Below, piece after piece: positions 1-11,440 of a DNA stretch of 64,000 bases. Each line of letters begins with the position of its first letter. The first letter of the stretch is position 1. The stretch spans positions 62,001 to 126,000 of the forward strand of contig JAPDFW010000121.1 of assembly GCA_028826165.1 (NCBI GenBank), in the 5' to 3' direction. The position numbers and the translations under genes were made by a program. The stretch is from Anaeramoeba ignava BMAN (Eukaryota > Protista > Anaeramoebae). Below the pieces are notes generated by a model. That model did no database searches and was not told the origin of the DNA. It saw only the letters and a list, made by a program, of their open reading frames with translations.

Positions 1-315
1 GATAATGATAATGATAATGATAATGATAATGATAATGATAATGATAATGATAATGATAATGATAATGATAATGATAATGATAATGATAATGATAATGATA
101 ATGATAATGATAATGATAATGATAATGATAATGATAATGATAATGATAATGATAATGGTAATGGTAATGATAATGGTAATGATAATGATAATGATAATGA
201 TAATGATAATGATAATGATAATGATAATGATAATGATAATGGTAATGATAATGGTAATGATAATGGTAATGATAATGGTAATGATAATGGTAATGATAAT
301 GGTAATGATAATGAT
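1..315 (+). repeat. (GATAAT)n / GGTAAT microsatellite encoding an Asp/Gly-Asn tract
   Basis: Directly visible; in frame 1 it is contiguous with the first transposase exon. Confidence 0.95.
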
Positions 316-1867
316 CAAAGTAATCATAATAGTCAATCCAATTCTTCTCAAAATGAGTCTTGGAATCGGAAAAACCATCATCGAAGAAAAAGTAAGTGGA
401 ATTTCAGAATAAATTAACGAATTTTTCTACTTTGTATATCTTTTCATTTTAGTCAAACGAGCTGAGTTGATTCCTAGAATACGAGTTCTTAATTCTTATA
501 AAAAATGGATTAAAAAAGAGAATCAAATTATTTTCGTAGAACGAGATCAATTGATAAAATTGATCAAGAGATGTCCTACGTGTGGCTCACAAATTTCCAA
601 AGTAGAAGGTAGGCGAGGACCAGGACATCATTATGAAATGTATTGGGAGTGCAAAAATAACCATTGTGGGATATGGACTTCTTCATCGAAAACATGCACA
701 AATCAGAAAATAATTAACTTGAAATTTCAAAATGCCATTTTTTTAAGTGGAATCCATTTTGAAGCTTATGAAAGGTTCCTAGGTATTCTTGAATCAAAAC
801 CAGTTTCAAAAACCAGTTATTTTAACTATCAAAAGCAGTTGATTACACAAGTAATATTTCAAATTGAAGATCAATCAAATCGAGGAAACTCAAAATATAT
901 TTTAGGTTATAGAAATCACAAATAGGAAACTCCAAAAGCTGAGAACAAAATGTGGAGGAAGACAGCTCGTAATTTTGGTAGATGGACGATGGTCGCGCCC
1001 CCAAAGAAATAAGACGAAATCAGAAGGTTATTTTTGTACGGTGATTGCTATTGATTCACTAACGGGATATGTTATAGCTGTCTGCACGAAAACTCGCAAT
1101 GAAAAAGAAGAAGACAAAGGGAAACTCGAAGCGCAATGCGTTGTGGAGGTATTGAAACAATTCCAAACCGAGAATATTCTTGTCGATATCATTGTCACTG
1201 ATGCCGATTCATCCGTTAATAAACAAATAAATAAATATAAATCTCCACAAACTGTACACAAATGGGATACAAGTAAGTACACAAAACTCTGGTTTTAGAT
1301 TCTTATTAACTTTCATTTTTAATAGAACATAAAGAAAAAAATGTACTTTATCATTACAAGAGAGATTTTAAAGACAATCAACTTGTTTTATCCAAAATGA
1401 ATTCTCTCAAGTCTCATTGGAGAATTTGCGTGTCCAATGCGGTGGGCCTCTCTGATTTTCGAAATAGGATTTGGAATTGGATAGATCATCATTGTGGTGT
1501 TCATGAATTTTGTACCGAATTTTCGCAAAATCCGAAATGCACCGAACCAGAATTCAGAGATACGCAATCCAAAATTGAGGACACTCAAACAAGAGAAAGA
1601 CTCGAAATTTTTCTGGACAAAGAATTCTCTCCAGAACAATTAGAAAAATATTTGGGAAATTTTTCCACTAGCATTGTTGAAAGTTTTAATTCAACAATTT
1701 GGCCCTTTTGTCCAAAAAATTTGACATTCCAAAAATCTTATTACGCGCGTATTTCACTTGCTATTCTTAGATGGAATTTTGCGATCAAATATAACTTTCT
1801 TCCAGAAAATTGCAACCCTTTTTTTGGCAACTATATCTCATATCAACTTCAAAAGCACAAGAATTAA
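1..1867 (+). mobile_element. Mutator (MULE)-like DDE transposase gene, 5' end outside the window; introns 392-452, 851-905 and 1273-1325
   Basis: Removing three GT..AG introns joins ORFs 467, 975 and 1397 in frame. Motifs: CPTC..C..H.C zinc knuckle, VDGRW (D1), IVTDAD (D2), WDTKH (C/DxxH), TSIVESFNS (E). N-terminus is a (DN)n tract. Confidence 0.75.
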
Positions 1868-2397
1868 TCCAAATTTTTCCATTTTTGATCGCATAATTAT
1901 AACCACTTCATATTTCTCACACTTCTTTACTTTTTTTTTACAATTTGTTTTCGAAAATTATTCGACAACAATTAATATGAACCAAAACTCAAACACAGAT
2001 CCAATTTCTTTTTTCACTTTTTTTTTCAAAATTCAATAAAACCGTTATTTTTTTTTCTTTTTTCATTTTATTGTTTTATGAGATTTCATTTCTTTTCTTC
2101 TCAACAACTTTAGATCTTTACATGAGCTTGGAATTAAATGATGGATTTTTTTCTTCTTTCAAAAGAAATGTTTTATCAAAAAGAAATTAAGATTCCAAAG
2201 TTTTTCTTACAAAATTCGAAGAGATATTAACTGGAGGAATCAAGCATTAATTCCATTTCCGAGTTTCTGAGGAGATCTACACAGGTATTTTTGCCTCTTT
2301 GTTCACTTTTTCTTTTTTGAATTTTAAATGAAAAATTTCCCAAACATTATTGTTCCCTTTCTTATTTAAACTATTGGAACTAAAGTCAAAGGAAACC

Positions 2398-3755
2398 ATT
2401 AAAATTAAAATCAAAATTAAAATTAAAATTAAAATTAAAATTCATTTTAAAAATTAAAATTTAAATTAAAATTAAAATTAAAATTAAAATTAAAATTAAA
2501 ATTAAAATCGGATAAAAAATTAAAATCAAAATTAAAATTAAAATTAAAATTAAAAATTCATTTTAAAAATTAAAATTAAAATTAAAATTAAAATTAAAAT
2601 TAAAATTATAATTAAAATTAAAATCGGATAAAAAATTAAAATTAAAAATTAAAATTAAAATTAAAATCAAAATTAAAATTAAAATTTAAAATTAAAATTA
2701 TAATTAAAATTAAATTTAAAATTAAAATTAAAATTAAAATCAAAATTCAAATTAAAATTCAAATTAAAATTATAATTAAAATTAAATTTAAAATTAAAAT
2801 TAAAATTAAAATTAAAATTAAAATTAAAAATTAAAATTAAAAATTAAAATTAAAATCAAAATTAAAAATTAAAATTAAAATTAAAATCGGATAAAAATTA
2901 AAATTAAAATTAAAAATCAAAATTAAAATTAAAATTAAAATTAAAATTAAAATTATAATTAAAATTAAATATTAAAATTAAAATTAAAATTAAAATTAAA
3001 ATTAAAATTAAAATTAAAATTAAAATTAAAAATTAAAATTAAAATTAAAATTAAAATTAAAATTAAAATTAAAATTAAAATTAAAATTAAAATTAAAATT
3101 AAAAATTAAAAATTAAAATTAAAAATCAAAATTAAAATTAAAATTAAAAATTAAAATCGGATAAAAATTAAATTTAAAATTAAAAATTAAAATTAAAATT
3201 CATTTTTAAAATTAAAATTAAAATTAAAATTAAAATTCAAATTAAAATTAAAAATTAAATATTAAAATTAAAATTAAAATTAATATTAAAATTAAAATTA
3301 AATATTAAAATTAAAATTAAAATTAATATTAAAATTAAAATTTAAAATTGAAATTAAAATTAAAATTAAAATTAAAATTAAAATTAAAATTAAAATTAAA
3401 ATTTAAAAATTAAAATCAAAATTAAAATTAAAAATTAAAATCAAAATCAAAATTAAAATTAAAATTAAAATTAAATATTAATATTAAAATTAAAATTAAA
3501 ATTAAAATTAAAATTTAAAATTAAAATTAAAATTAAAATTAATATTAAAATTAAAATTAAAATTAAAATTAAAATTAAATATTAAAATTAAAATTAAAAT
3601 TAAAATTAAAATTAAATATTAAAATTAAAATTAAAATTAAAATTAAAATTAAAATTAAAATTAAAATTAAAATTAAAATTAAAACTAAAATTAAAATTAT
3701 AATTAAAATTAAAATTAAAATTATAATTAAAAATTAAAATTAAAATTAAAATTAA
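2398..3755. repeat. (AAAATT)n hexamer tract with interspersed AAAATCGGATAAAA variants
   Basis: Directly visible, about 1.35 kb. Confidence 0.95.
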
Positions 3756-5325
3756 TCTAGAAAGAAAAGGAAAGAAAATGAAGAGGAAAAAAAGATTAAT
3801 AGTAGAAAATAATACATTCTCGAAAAGGATGATAGGTTGAATTTGAAGTCAAAATTAGAAAAAAATGGGATAACAACAAAAAAAAAGAGAAGATGAATGA
3901 TATCAAATTTCAAACTTTGGAAATATTCAATTTTTATAGAAAGGAGATTAAAGGTAATCAGTTGGAGATAAATCCAATTAAAATAATTTCCAGAATATTA
4001 AAATAATAAATGGAAGGAATTGAAACATAAGAACTTGATAAACGAATTGGAATTTAATTTTTGAAAGGAATGAAATAGAAAAAAAAATGAAATTATGTCA
4101 AAAAATATGAAAATTTTCTAACCCAAGAATAATATGATTGAAAATCTTTTCGAATTTAAATTCAAAAAGACGAATCTTCTCTTTGTATATGAATCTTGGA
4201 ATTCTCAGTATAAAGAAGTTATTTGGAATAGGATAAAACTTGAATTTGAGATTGGAAAGAAAGAAGAAAGAATTCAAAATTAATTCGAAATGACGAAAAA
4301 AGGAAGAGAAATGAAACAAAAGAGTAACAAAAAGAATTTTTCTAAAAAAAAAATAAAAAATCAATTAAAATTTTGTATAATTTCGGAGATGAAAACAAAT
4401 ACAAATTTAAAACCAAATTCCAAAGAGAAATTGAAAAATGAGAAAATTGTAATTAATTTTATCGAGTAGAAATGCATAAACGAAAAAAATGAAAACTGAA
4501 AATTTAAAAAAAAATATCTCCCACCCCGAAAAAAACGGGAGCTTTAATAAATAAAAATAAAAAAGAAAATAATAATAAAAATGAAAAGGAAAAAATAAAA
4601 TTAAATCAATTCTAAATTTAAAATTAAAATTAACAAAAAATTTAAATGATAAAGAAAAGGAAAAAAAATTTTTTGTTTTATTTTTTTTTTTTATTGTTGA
4701 ATTTTCGCAAGTTTTTTTTATTATTTAAAGATCTTAAAATTATAAATTAAAATTAAAAATAAATTAAAATTAAAATTAAAATTATAATTAAATTAAAATT
4801 AAAATTATAATTAAAATTATAAATTAAAAAATATTTCTGGCAAATCAATTAAAATTATTTTAAAATTATCAAGCAAATAAAATTAAAATAAATAATAATT
4901 AAATAATGTTTCTTAAATAAATAAATACATAATCTATTTTTAATTCCAAATCTATGATTAAAAAAGGGATTTTATATTAAAAAAAATTAAAATAAAATTA
5001 ATTAAAAAAAATTATTTAAAAAGAAGAAAAATATTTTTTATTTATTTTTTCTCCTTTTCATTTTGCTTATTCACTTTTTTTTATTTAATTTTTTTTATTT
5101 ATTTTTTTTTCATTTTTTCTTTTTTATTTTAAAAAATTTTCTTTGTATTTTTTTTTTAAAAGAAAAAAAAGAAATGAAAAACAAATAATAATATTTATTA
5201 ACCATTTAATTTATTTCCTTATTAAATTTAAACAAATAAAAAAAAAGAAAAGAAAAAGAGAAGAAAAAAAGAAGAAAAAAAAAATTTTTTCCAATCAAAA
5301 AAAAAAACAAAAAAAAATTATTAAA

Positions 5326-6237
5326 ATGAATTCTCAATTAAATATATTTATAACAAATGATGATGGATATGAATCACCAACAATAGCAACATTTATCAGA
5401 GCACTTCTTTCAAAAAATCACAAAGTATATTGTTGTTTACCAGATCAAAACTGGTCTTGGTCAACAAAGATTATAAAAAGCAAAAAAACAACAGCAAAAA
5501 AAATCCGTTATAAATTAAGTCCAAATAGTTTTTATGAAATTTGGATTGTTAACGGACCGCCGGCAAATTGTGTTCAAATTGGATTACTTCATTTATTCAA
5601 AAATATCAAGTTTGATCTAGTTATTTCTGGACCGAATACAGGATCAAATTACGGGACTTTTGCACTAAGTAGCGGTACAATTGGTGCTGCTATTGAGGCT
5701 TGCAATCTTGGATTTAGAAGTGTTGCTCTTAGTTATCATACTCCTAATTTTGATGATTTTGATGATATGAATGCAGAACTTGAATCAAAGCTTTTTCCCA
5801 CTGCAAAAACTTCTTTATCAGCAATTGAACAGATTTTTCTTCAATGGCCTTTGAATCAAGAAAATGTTTTTTTCAATGTGAATATTCCAGTTCATTCAAA
5901 AGAAAATCCAATTTCGGTTTATTATTGTGTTCCTTTTAATCAAACTTATGGATCTCTTTTTGAAGAGAATAATTCTGAAAATTTCGAAAATGAACATAGT
6001 AGTTTTCCTCAGAAATTAATCGATTCAAATCAAAATGAAGTTGAAAAAACTTTTGATTTTTCTTTTGATAAAAATTGGGTTTTTCCTCCTTTGGATGAAA
6101 TTCCTCCAAAAAGTGATCTTTATGGATTATTAACTGGATATGGAACTGTTACTCTTTATTCATCTTGTCTTCATCATTTCAATTCTGCTTTTGTTTTTGA
6201 TCAATTAAATTTAAATTTAGATCAAAAAGAAAATTAA
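5326..6237 (+). CDS. surE: SurE-family 5'/3'-nucleotidase / acid phosphatase
   Basis: TNDDG, NGPPANCV, VISGPNTGSN and SSGTIGAA motifs. Probable start is the ATG at 5326; the upstream part of the ORF is poly-A leader. Confidence 0.9.
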   Translation: MNSQLNIFITNDDGYESPTIATFIRALLSKNHKVYCCLPDQNWSWSTKIIKSKKTTAKKIRYKLSPNSFYEIWIVNGPPANCVQIGLLHLFKNIKFDLVISGPNTGSNYGTFALSSGTIGAAIEACNLGFRSVALSYHTPNFDDFDDMNAELESKLFPTAKTSLSAIEQIFLQWPLNQENVFFNVNIPVHSKENPISVYYCVPFNQTYGSLFEENNSENFENEHSSFPQKLIDSNQNEVEKTFDFSFDKNWVFPPLDEIPPKSDLYGLLTGYGTVTLYSSCLHHFNSAFVFDQLNLNLDQKEN

Positions 6238-6416
6238 AATTAAAATTAAAATTAAAATTAAAAATTTTTTGATATTTTTTTTCTTTTGAAAATATTTGGT
6301 TAAAAAAAAAAAAAATTGAAAGAAAAAGAAAAAGAAAAAGAAGAACGAAAATTAAAAGTTAGAAAAAAAAAATTTCTTTTTTTGGGAATTTTGAGATTTA
6401 AATGAGGAAAAGAAAA

Positions 6417-8081
6417 TTAGTTATTATTATCATTATCAATATCATCATTATCAATTCCATCAAGTTTGAATAAACCACGATTAACAAGAAAACCAATAGC
6501 TCTTTCAAACCCAATAAAAGAAATAAATTCTTTGACATTTTCGTGGCAAAGATTAAAGAAGAAAGTATTGACAACATGATTCAAAGCAAAATTATGAGAA
6601 GTTGTCAAATCTTTAAGTCTTTCTTTGATATTCAATTTTTTTGGATCTTTTGAGCATTTTTCTTCATTATAATAAATAACATTTGTGAAGTATTTCTGAG
6701 CAATAGTATTTTCTTTAATAACAATAGATAAAACTTGCAGAATTGGAACCAATAGTTCAGGTGCTTTTCTTGTTGATTCAAATTCTCCGTCTTGAAATAC
6801 AAATGATTGATCTAATTGAATTTGCAAAATGTGTAATAATTTGATTAAAAGTGATTCTTGTGTTTTTTCTGATGTTGTTTTTGTAAGATGAGACACATAT
6901 CCTTCAGGAATAAACAAAAGCACAGTGATCGCCTTCAATTTGATCCGGTAAATCACTGAATTTTCATCCTCTAAATTTGGAGGATCAAAAATCAAATCAT
7001 CATCAATATCTTGTTCATTTTCATTTTCATTTTGATTTTCATTTTCATTTTGATTTTGATTTTGATTTTGATTTTGATTTTCTTTTTCATTTTCATTTTC
7101 ATTTGAATTTTCTTTTAAATTTTCATTTAAATTTTCGTTTGAATTTTCATTTAAATTCATTTTTGAATTGAAATCATCCGATAAATAATTTTCCATTTGA
7201 ACTTGTTTTGGGTTTGGAAATAGCAAAATATTAATTAAATGTAAACCAATTTGTTGTGTATAAATTTTCATGATAAGTTGACTTTTTTTGCTCTTCAAAT
7301 CCTTTTCCTTTTCATCAAGATAATCTTGATGTTCATCATTAATATCATTATAAATTAATAACAATAAATTGTGAATAATTTCAAATTTATCAGGATCTGG
7401 CCCTTTTGTTGATTGGAGATATTTCTCAATAATGAAGCATGAAATATCTCTGTATTTCTTCTTGCGAAGATCTTCTAGTAATTCTTTGTTCAAACTAAGA
7501 TGAAAAAGACAACGAGTAACAAAAGAGAGAAAAGAATCATTTTCAATTGAATTTTGAAGTGAATTTAAAAGTAAATCAAGTCCATTGATTGATTTGAAAA
7601 ATTGCTGCGCAGTTTCATTTTGGAAAAGGGTGTTAATTAGACATTTTAATGATTCTTCTCGCAACAAATCCTTTGATTCCTTTTCTTGTTTTTTTTGTGT
7701 TGTTTTTTGTTCTTGATCCTTCTGTTCAACTTGATTTTCCAATTTATTTTCCAATTGATTTAGATTGAATTGACTAGGAAATGTTGTTTGAGAAAGAAAA
7801 GAAACAAAATCACTTGTTAAAATATCTGAAGAAATTGTTTTTTCACGAAGTAAGATTCTTATTAGAATTAAATATTGTGTTTTTAATTCGTTTTTTAATG
7901 TGTTGTTTTTATTTAGAAGTTGATTTTTTGAAAATTGAATTAATTTTAATTTAATTTCTTCATCTTTTGAATTTTTGCAAAATTCTCTTTGGTTTTGATT
8001 TTCTGTGTTAAATTTTGTTAATAATTCAACTTGTTCTTGTTGATTTTGTGATTTTTGAAGTTGATTTAAAAGGGTTTCCAT
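6417..8081 (-). CDS. RIC8: Ric-8/synembryn-like G-alpha chaperone/GEF (armadillo repeats)
   Basis: ESLKCLINTLFQNETAQQFF and C-terminal FNLCHENVKEFISFIGFERAIGFLVNRGL match remembered Ric-8 signatures (ALKCLCN..F; LC.E....FVKYTGYGNAAGLL..RGL). Confidence 0.8.
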   Translation of the reverse strand: METLLNQLQKSQNQQEQVELLTKFNTENQNQREFCKNSKDEEIKLKLIQFSKNQLLNKNNTLKNELKTQYLILIRILLREKTISSDILTSDFVSFLSQTTFPSQFNLNQLENKLENQVEQKDQEQKTTQKKQEKESKDLLREESLKCLINTLFQNETAQQFFKSINGLDLLLNSLQNSIENDSFLSFVTRCLFHLSLNKELLEDLRKKKYRDISCFIIEKYLQSTKGPDPDKFEIIHNLLLLIYNDINDEHQDYLDEKEKDLKSKKSQLIMKIYTQQIGLHLINILLFPNPKQVQMENYLSDDFNSKMNLNENSNENLNENLKENSNENENEKENQNQNQNQNQNENENQNENENEQDIDDDLIFDPPNLEDENSVIYRIKLKAITVLLFIPEGYVSHLTKTTSEKTQESLLIKLLHILQIQLDQSFVFQDGEFESTRKAPELLVPILQVLSIVIKENTIAQKYFTNVIYYNEEKCSKDPKKLNIKERLKDLTTSHNFALNHVVNTFFFNLCHENVKEFISFIGFERAIGFLVNRGLFKLDGIDNDDIDNDNNN

Positions 8082-8284
8082 TAAGATCTTTAAAATGTAT
8101 TTTTAATTTGAAACTAAAAAGAAAAAGAAAAAAAATGAAAAAAAATTTTTTTTTAATTTTTAATTTTTAATTTTTAATTTAGATTTTTAATTCGAATTAT
8201 GAAAAAGAAAAAAGAAAAAAGAAAAAAGAAAAAAGAAAAAAAAGAAAAAAAAGATCTTTTTTAAAATGGGATTTTAAATTGATT

Positions 8285-8675
8285 TTAAATTTTAATTTCG
8301 AATTTAATTTTAATTTTAATTTTAATTTTAATTTTAATTTTAATTTTAATTTTAATTTTAATTTCGAATTTTAATTTTAATTTTAATTTCGAATTGATTT
8401 TAATTTTAATTTTAATTTGATTTCGAATTGATTTTGATTTTGATTTTAATTTTTGGAATTAATTTTAATTTTGATTTTAATTTTAAATTTGATTTTAATT
8501 TTAATTTTAATTTCGAATTTGAATTGAATTTAATTTTAATTTTAATTTTAATTTCGAATTAATTTAAATTTGAATTTAATTTTAAATTCGAATTGATTTT
8601 AATTTTAATTTTAATTTTGATTTTTGATTTTAATTTCGAATTGAATTTAATTTTAATTTTGATTTTAATTTAATT
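8285..8675. repeat. (TTTTAA)n tract with TTTCGAA variants, 3' flank of rvt
   Basis: Directly visible. Confidence 0.9.
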
Positions 8676-11286
8676 TTAAGCTTTTAATGATGTATCTTTC
8701 ACTTTGGATGATAAAATTAACTGCATAGGTACTAATTCAGTTATTAAAAATCTAAAAGTACCAAAATGATCCAATATTTCAGAACCAAATCTAACAATAA
8801 CCCATCTCCAATAAGAAGAAAGATTTGAATTCCACTTTCCTGACAATTCATTTTTACGAGAAATAAAATCTTGAATCAAAGCTGCATTTTCAGTTGATTC
8901 AAAAGGATCACAAGGTTCAATAGTGGAAAACATTTCAAGAAAATCAGAAGCATAAGGACTATCTTCAACTTTCTTCCAATCTTCACCATTAAAATTATCA
9001 TCTTTTGATTCCAAATCCATTGAATCTTTATTCTTAACAATTTTAATTCTTTTCATTTTTTTTATTCCAAAAGTTCTTTTTTTGATTGGAAATTTTCGAA
9101 CTTTTTTTCTTATAAATTTTCTTCTTATTGGTCTTTTTTTCATTCTTAAAAATTGTTTGGATTCTTCAAAATAATGTTGTTCAAAAGAAGCTAAATTGAG
9201 TCCAACATGATTCAAACCTAATCCACCTGAAGAAACTGGGAAAAATAAAAGAGCTTCAGGAAAATCCACTTTTTGAGTTAGAATTTTTTGAAGAGAATTT
9301 CGAATTTCTTGTTCAATTCCATGATCGCCAAATAAATTGTTGTGGATTTTCATCAATCGAGAACCAATCATTTTCAAATGATCTTGTCCAAGTGAAACAA
9401 AAGGAGCAACACATTTGAGAATATAATTCATAAAGGAATTATAAATGTTGATTTTGGATAAAATGGGAACATTTTCACCTTTTATTCTGTTCATCATATT
9501 TTGTTCCAAATCAACAATAGCAGATTCATAAACACCCCATTTCCCGTTAGGTTTCATTTCCAAAAGAGCCCAACGAGGAGGATCTTGAGGGAGATTTTTT
9601 AAAGTGATATTTTTTTGATTTTCAATTTGAATTTCTTGATTTTCATTTTGATTTCTGATTTAGTGGTTGAATCATTGTACTTCCACATTTCCTCATATTC
9701 AGTTCTATATTCAAATCTTTCGAAAAAGTAACCATTGATTCCCATGCATTTAATGCTTCATCTTCTTTGGTTGTTACAAAAAAAGCATCATCAACAACTC
9801 TTGCAATACGAACACTTGATTGTGTAAATACAAACAAATCAAAAAAAACAAGAACAAGTTCAGCAAACACTTTTGAAATTAAAAAATTCAAAGGAACACC
9901 TTCTTTTATAACCCCCGGGGTTTTATCACTATGTAAAGTTGGAATTTTCAAAAAGTTTTCAAAAAATTTTGTCCATTTTTTTGGAAATCCAATTTTTTCA
10001 CAAAGGAAAATAATCAAATCATGATTGATGCTTGGATAGAAATTTGCGAAGTCAGAACGAAGAAGATAAATGGGGTCTTGAGGCCTGACTTTTTGGTTTA
10101 TAGACACATTTGCAGAGATGTATTGAAGAAGATTCTGGAATGAATCAGGTGATTCTATGTCTCCATCACGTGAGTATTCATCAATACCTCCATCAAAATC
10201 AGGTATTTGAACCATAAAAAGCTCACTTAAATTATTGTGATTGATTGATTCAATTGAATTGCTTTCCATTTCTGAAAATCCATAAATATCATTAGTTAAA
10301 TCTGCAAAAAGAGGCTTTATAATTTGGCCAATTCGACTTCCAATTATATCAAATAGTAAAGATGTTAAAAGATCACAATCCACAAATGTTCTGTATTTAT
10401 TACGAGTCCAAATGGTGCGGAATTGAATAGGATCTTGTCCCCAATTCCAGTCCTCAATATTATTTATCAACAGAGTTAAAACACCTGCATATTCATTTAC
10501 AAGTAACTTATTTTTACTGATTGCTTTTGCTTTTGTTCTGTTTTCTGCTTTTTGATAAATATTGCCACTCAATGAATTCAAATGTGATTTAACTTCATCG
10601 TTTGTTATTTTTCTTTCTAATTGTGTCGGGATTTCTTCTTGAATATTTTTTTTCATTTGTTCAAAATTTTCTTCAAATTGTAAAAAAATTTGATCCAAAA
10701 TTTCTGACTTGATTATCTTCTTTTCTGGTTTGACCCAAGAATCAACTTGTTTTCTACATTCTTCTTTTGCTTTTTCTTCATTGATTTCTTCTTGATCTTG
10801 ATCTTTTTCTTTTTCTGCCCATTCTTCAAGAATACATCCAAAAATATATGCAAATTCTGCTCTTCTTGTTCCTTTTTTGATTTCTTCTTTAAGTGAATTT
10901 TCAATTTGTTCTAATTTTTTAGGTGATAAAGCACCTATTGAATATTCAAATTTGAAAGTATCTAGATTAAAAATATCTTGATGAAGAGATTCCTAAATTA
11001 AAATTAATTCAATTAAAAATTAAAATTCATTTATAAAATCAATTAAAAATTAAATTAAAATTCATTTATAAAATTAAAATTAAAATTCATTTAAAATTAA
11101 AATTTAAATTAAAATTACATTCGCAAATTTTGCTTCATGTAATCCATCAATCATAATTTGAATTCTTTCTAAAATATCTTTTTCTTTTTCTGTTTTTTCA
11201 ATAATTTTTTGATAATGTTCTGTTAATTTTTGTCTTTGTCTTCTTGCTTCTTTTAATTTAATTTGAGCAATTAATTTTTCTTCCAT
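8676..11286 (-). CDS. rvt: Reverse transcriptase-related cellular gene (rvt family), about 830 aa; intron 10993-11118; one apparent +1 frameshift near 9650
   Basis: Exon 1 11119-11286 splices in frame to 10992, which continues into ORF 10698. rvt-type motifs: N-terminal coiled coil, EFAYIFGCILEEW, WNW..NKYR..DCDLL..IIG, RSDFANFYPSINH (RT3), GVPLNFLISKVFAELVL (RT4), RVVDD (RT5), LPQDPPRWALL, FPVSSGGLGL, YWRWVIVRFGSEILDHFG..LVP. No endonuclease domain or LTRs. Confidence 0.85.
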
Positions 11287-11440
11287 TTATTTTTTTTTTT
11301 TTTGATTTAATAAAAATGAAAAATGAAAAAAATGAAAAAAATAAAAATGTTTAAATAGTTTTTGAAAAATTTTTTTTTTTAATTAAAAAAATTGAAAGAA
11401 TAAAAGAATAAAAGAAAAAGAAAAAAAAAAATGAAAGGAA

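Noticed and set aside
2398-3755. Interstitial telomere
   Set aside because: No G-rich telomeric unit; the same hexamer occurs throughout introns and flanks.
2040-4500. Additional gene(s) flanking the AAAATT tract, including ORF 4098-4364
   Set aside because: The frames examined contain stops and no recognisable motif; at most a decayed relic.
8676-11286. Non-LTR retrotransposon, group II intron or telomerase
   Set aside because: No endonuclease, maturase or TERT T/CP motifs; it contains a spliceosomal intron and has no poly-A tail or TSD.
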